Below are positions 38,471-41,248 of a DNA stretch of 41,248 nucleotides, one piece after another. Both the position numbers and the translations under genes were made by a program. Each line of letters begins with the position of its first letter. Within the stretch, counting starts at the first letter, position 1. Origin of the DNA: a virus (taxonomy: Duplodnaviria; Caudoviricetes); IMG/VR virus record IMGVR_UViG_3300042342_001247, positions 1-41,248 of that record; one strand, given 5' to 3'. The notes below the pieces were generated by a model. It saw nothing but the letters and a program-made list of their open reading frames with translations. It was not told the DNA's origin and searched no databases.

Positions 38471-40075
38471 ATGAAAAAACTATTAATTTTATTATCATTA
38501 ATTTTTATGTGTAATCTTGCCTTTTCGCAAGGTGTTACCATAAACCAAACTATTGTAGAACCAGGTCCATATAAAGTGGGTGATGTTATCACAATAAGAT
38601 ACAATATAAACTCTGGTACTCAAACACCAAGATATTTGTGGTTAAGATATCAGTATAACAATAAGGTATTATTACCTGTATCAAATAGTACTGTATATTC
38701 ACAAGGTACATCAGTACAAACTTTCAGCACTGAATGGAATAACTATAAGTTTTTTCCTAAATCAACTATACCAGCAACATCCCTGTATCAACAATATCAA
38801 TCCAGTCCTTGGGATATTAGAGTTGATGCGAATTGGAATGTGGGGCAATTGACAATACAAAGAACGGATGCAAAAATTGATGGTAATTTTGTAACTCAAA
38901 AGTTTAGTGTAAGAGATAATATATCGTATGATGATATTCACCAATTAACTTTAGCATACTCAATTGATGCTAATTCTCAAACCATTTCACAAATTACAAC
39001 ATCGGGTACTGCCGTATCATTGGGTACGGTGACAGGTGGTTCTTCATCGTTTAAGGTAAAGGTAGCATTTCCTACAAACTATACTAATATCATACATCAC
39101 TCTGCTCAACTAATGAAATTGAAAGTAGATGGTACGATTGATTTTTCACAACAACCAATTGCACAATTACCTTTAGATGCAACGGGTGAGGCAACATTTA
39201 CAACTCAAGTTAAGATTGGTGATGAGGTAGGTGTGTTCATTTCTCCCGCAACTCAAAAAGCATTTATGGATAATATTGTAACCGTATCAGATGCATATAA
39301 ATCATTTTTAGGGCATTCTCAAACTGATATTGCAGGTGTTCCAAATTATTTTACATATCCTAATTTGGAAAAAAATGTGGGTAACATTACACTAAATGAT
39401 AATACATTTAATGAGTCAGACTCGTATTATATGTTTGCTCATATAATGGGTGTTAATGTATCTCAACAGGCATTAATCCCGTCATCTACATCAACTTCGG
39501 TAAAATGGAATAGTGGATTATTAAATCAAAGTTGGTTAAATGGAACTCCTACACATAAAGTGGTAATAACATCAAACACTCAAGTTGCAAATGCAGTATT
39601 TGCATGGGGTGGTGATTTGGATTGGTCACATTCAACTGACCCTGCAGTAGTTGCTCAAAATATAACGAGTCGAACAACTCCATTGGGTTCATATTCTGCT
39701 AAAACATTAGAAGATGTAAACTTGAGTGTTTCATCTACACTAACGGATGGTAAAGTTGTACTAACCACTAATTTAACAAAAGAAGGATTAGCAGGATTGC
39801 AAATTATTATGAATTATGATAACACTAAATTACAATTGGATAATGTGGTATTTGATACTGGAAATACCATAACCAATTTCTCAACAGATAAGGATGGTAG
39901 ATTAACATTTGGTTCTATTGACCAATTAAAAACTGCGAGAATTAAAAAAGGTACTCCATATAGATTGATATTCACTCCTAAAGTTCCATTAACAAATACT
40001 GCGGGATTGTTCTTCTTTGTTCTATCGGACGCAGTAGATGCTAGTGGCAACAAAGTAAATCTAATAGTTGAATAA
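38471..40075 (+). CDS. Secreted beta-rich protein with cohesin-like and dockerin-like segments
   Basis: Sec signal MKKLLILLSLIFMCNLAFS|Q; KVGDVITI...YQYNNKVL and LAGLQIIMNYDNTKL cohesin-like patterns; VTVSDAY...GNITLNDNTFNESD dockerin-like. Confidence 0.65.
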   Translation: MKKLLILLSLIFMCNLAFSQGVTINQTIVEPGPYKVGDVITIRYNINSGTQTPRYLWLRYQYNNKVLLPVSNSTVYSQGTSVQTFSTEWNNYKFFPKSTIPATSLYQQYQSSPWDIRVDANWNVGQLTIQRTDAKIDGNFVTQKFSVRDNISYDDIHQLTLAYSIDANSQTISQITTSGTAVSLGTVTGGSSSFKVKVAFPTNYTNIIHHSAQLMKLKVDGTIDFSQQPIAQLPLDATGEATFTTQVKIGDEVGVFISPATQKAFMDNIVTVSDAYKSFLGHSQTDIAGVPNYFTYPNLEKNVGNITLNDNTFNESDSYYMFAHIMGVNVSQQALIPSSTSTSVKWNSGLLNQSWLNGTPTHKVVITSNTQVANAVFAWGGDLDWSHSTDPAVVAQNITSRTTPLGSYSAKTLEDVNLSVSSTLTDGKVVLTTNLTKEGLAGLQIIMNYDNTKLQLDNVVFDTGNTITNFSTDKDGRLTFGSIDQLKTARIKKGTPYRLIFTPKVPLTNTAGLFFFVLSDAVDASGNKVNLIVE

Positions 40076-41248
40076 TGAAAAAATTATTAGTTACATTATT
40101 ATTTTTACTAACAACATATTTAGGGTTCGGACAGAGTGTATCTGCTCCGGACTCTAAATCATTTTTACAATCCACCAACGGACAAGATGGTAGTGGATTT
40201 AGTTTAAGTGGATTTACTTCTACATCAACTTTATTAGCATCAATCAGTTTAGTTAATCCACCATCGGGTACAACATTTAACCTAACTACAACAACGGGGT
40301 TAACCGCAGCAAGTGGATTTACTTTAAGCGGTAATAAAACTCGTTTGGTGGTAACGGGAACGATGGCTAATATCAATACAGCATTAACATCTCTAAAAGT
40401 AAATACGGGTTCGATAAGAGGTAATGTTCAATTATCAGTGGCAGCAACTGTAAACCCAACTGGATTTTTCTATAATGGTGTAAACGGACACTTTTATAGA
40501 CCAATATCACAAGGAGCAACTTATACAAACGCAAGAGCAGCAGCATTAAATACAACATTCAAAGGGCAGACGGGTTATCTAGTAACAATCACTTCGGCAG
40601 ATGAAGATGCTTTTATTTTCAACAATGTTCCTCAATCAAATATTTGGTTTGCATTAACGGATGAAGTAGAGGAAGCGAGATGGACAATTGATGCTGGTCC
40701 TGAAAAAGGAACTCTAATTAAAATCAACAACGGACAAACAAACGGAAACATACCAGGTCAATACAATAACTGGGCACCTGGTGAACCAAACAATAGTGGT
40801 AACGAAGATTACGCAGTAACTAAATGGAATGGTTCTCAATGGAACGATTTACCTAACCATTTTTCAAATCCGTATGTAATTGAATATGGAACTTGGACTA
40901 ATCCTGATGATGCAATATTTACGGAGTTTTACACCAATTCGGTAACACATACAAATGGTGAAACTCTACGAGCACAATTCAATTTTGATTTTGGAACTAA
41001 TATAGATGAAACTAAATTTGCTACAACATTATTGGCACAATCAAACAATCAATACCTACCAACTACAAATACTAATAGAACTCTAAATGGATTAGGTAGA
41101 GTTGATATGACAAGTGATTTGGATACGGTCAAAATAAATACAGGAGGTATTCGCTCAACAACATCTCCTGGTCAAGCAGAGTGGTGTGTGATATATGAAT
41201 ATGAAGCATCCAATCAAAGATACAGAGTTGGTATTGATAAAAGAGAAT
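40075..41248 (+). CDS. Secreted C-type lectin domain protein, 3' truncated (not in ORF track)
   Basis: ATG 40075 (TAATG overlap), signal MKKLLVTLLFLLTTYLGFG|Q, then NGHFY..A.AAA..GYLVTITS..E..F..W..LTD..E..W..YNNWAPGEPNN..EDY..WND..YVIEY. No stop before the window end. Confidence 0.85.
   Translation, partial: MKKLLVTLLFLLTTYLGFGQSVSAPDSKSFLQSTNGQDGSGFSLSGFTSTSTLLASISLVNPPSGTTFNLTTTTGLTAASGFTLSGNKTRLVVTGTMANINTALTSLKVNTGSIRGNVQLSVAATVNPTGFFYNGVNGHFYRPISQGATYTNARAAALNTTFKGQTGYLVTITSADEDAFIFNNVPQSNIWFALTDEVEEARWTIDAGPEKGTLIKINNGQTNGNIPGQYNNWAPGEPNNSGNEDYAVTKWNGSQWNDLPNHFSNPYVIEYGTWTNPDDAIFTEFYTNSVTHTNGETLRAQFNFDFGTNIDETKFATTLLAQSNNQYLPTTNTNRTLNGLGRVDMTSDLDTVKINTGGIRSTTSPGQAEWCVIYEYEASNQRYRVGIDKRE

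Noticed and set aside
40460-40890. Diversity-generating retroelement target
   Set aside because: No template repeat or reverse transcriptase in the window, and the lectin domain is internal rather than C-terminal.

Overview
A 41 kb, AT-rich, densely packed segment with all credible genes on the + strand. It is most consistent with part of a large lytic dsDNA (T4-like/jumbo) phage genome, probably infecting Bacteroidota: there is a DUF4494-like gene, TTTG-N19/20-TATATT promoter-like sites, and A-rich leaders without Shine-Dalgarno sequences. In order: (1) a replication block with a DNA methyltransferase (5' truncated), family B DNA polymerase, clamp loader subunits and a Cas4/RecB-like nuclease; (2) a ~15 kb glycan block with many glycosyltransferases, an NDP-sugar epimerase, methyltransferases, and a phosphoribulokinase-like/class II aldolase fusion followed by a nucleotidyltransferase and a GDPD-like protein; (3) a mixed region with HAD hydrolase, APS kinase, degenerate HNH, heptose-kinase-like GHMP kinase, GroEL, cytidylyltransferase, ferredoxin, a ParB-domain protein and a GH19 endolysin; (4) at the 3' end, a unit of exported proteins (CsgG/LptE-like fold candidate, cohesin/dockerin-like protein, C-type lectin protein, 3' truncated). 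Seven SGNH-like paralogs and two 2OG-Fe(II) oxygenase paralogs are scattered through the window. No tRNA, rRNA, CRISPR array, integrase or transposase was seen. All calls come from reading motifs by eye; no searches were run.
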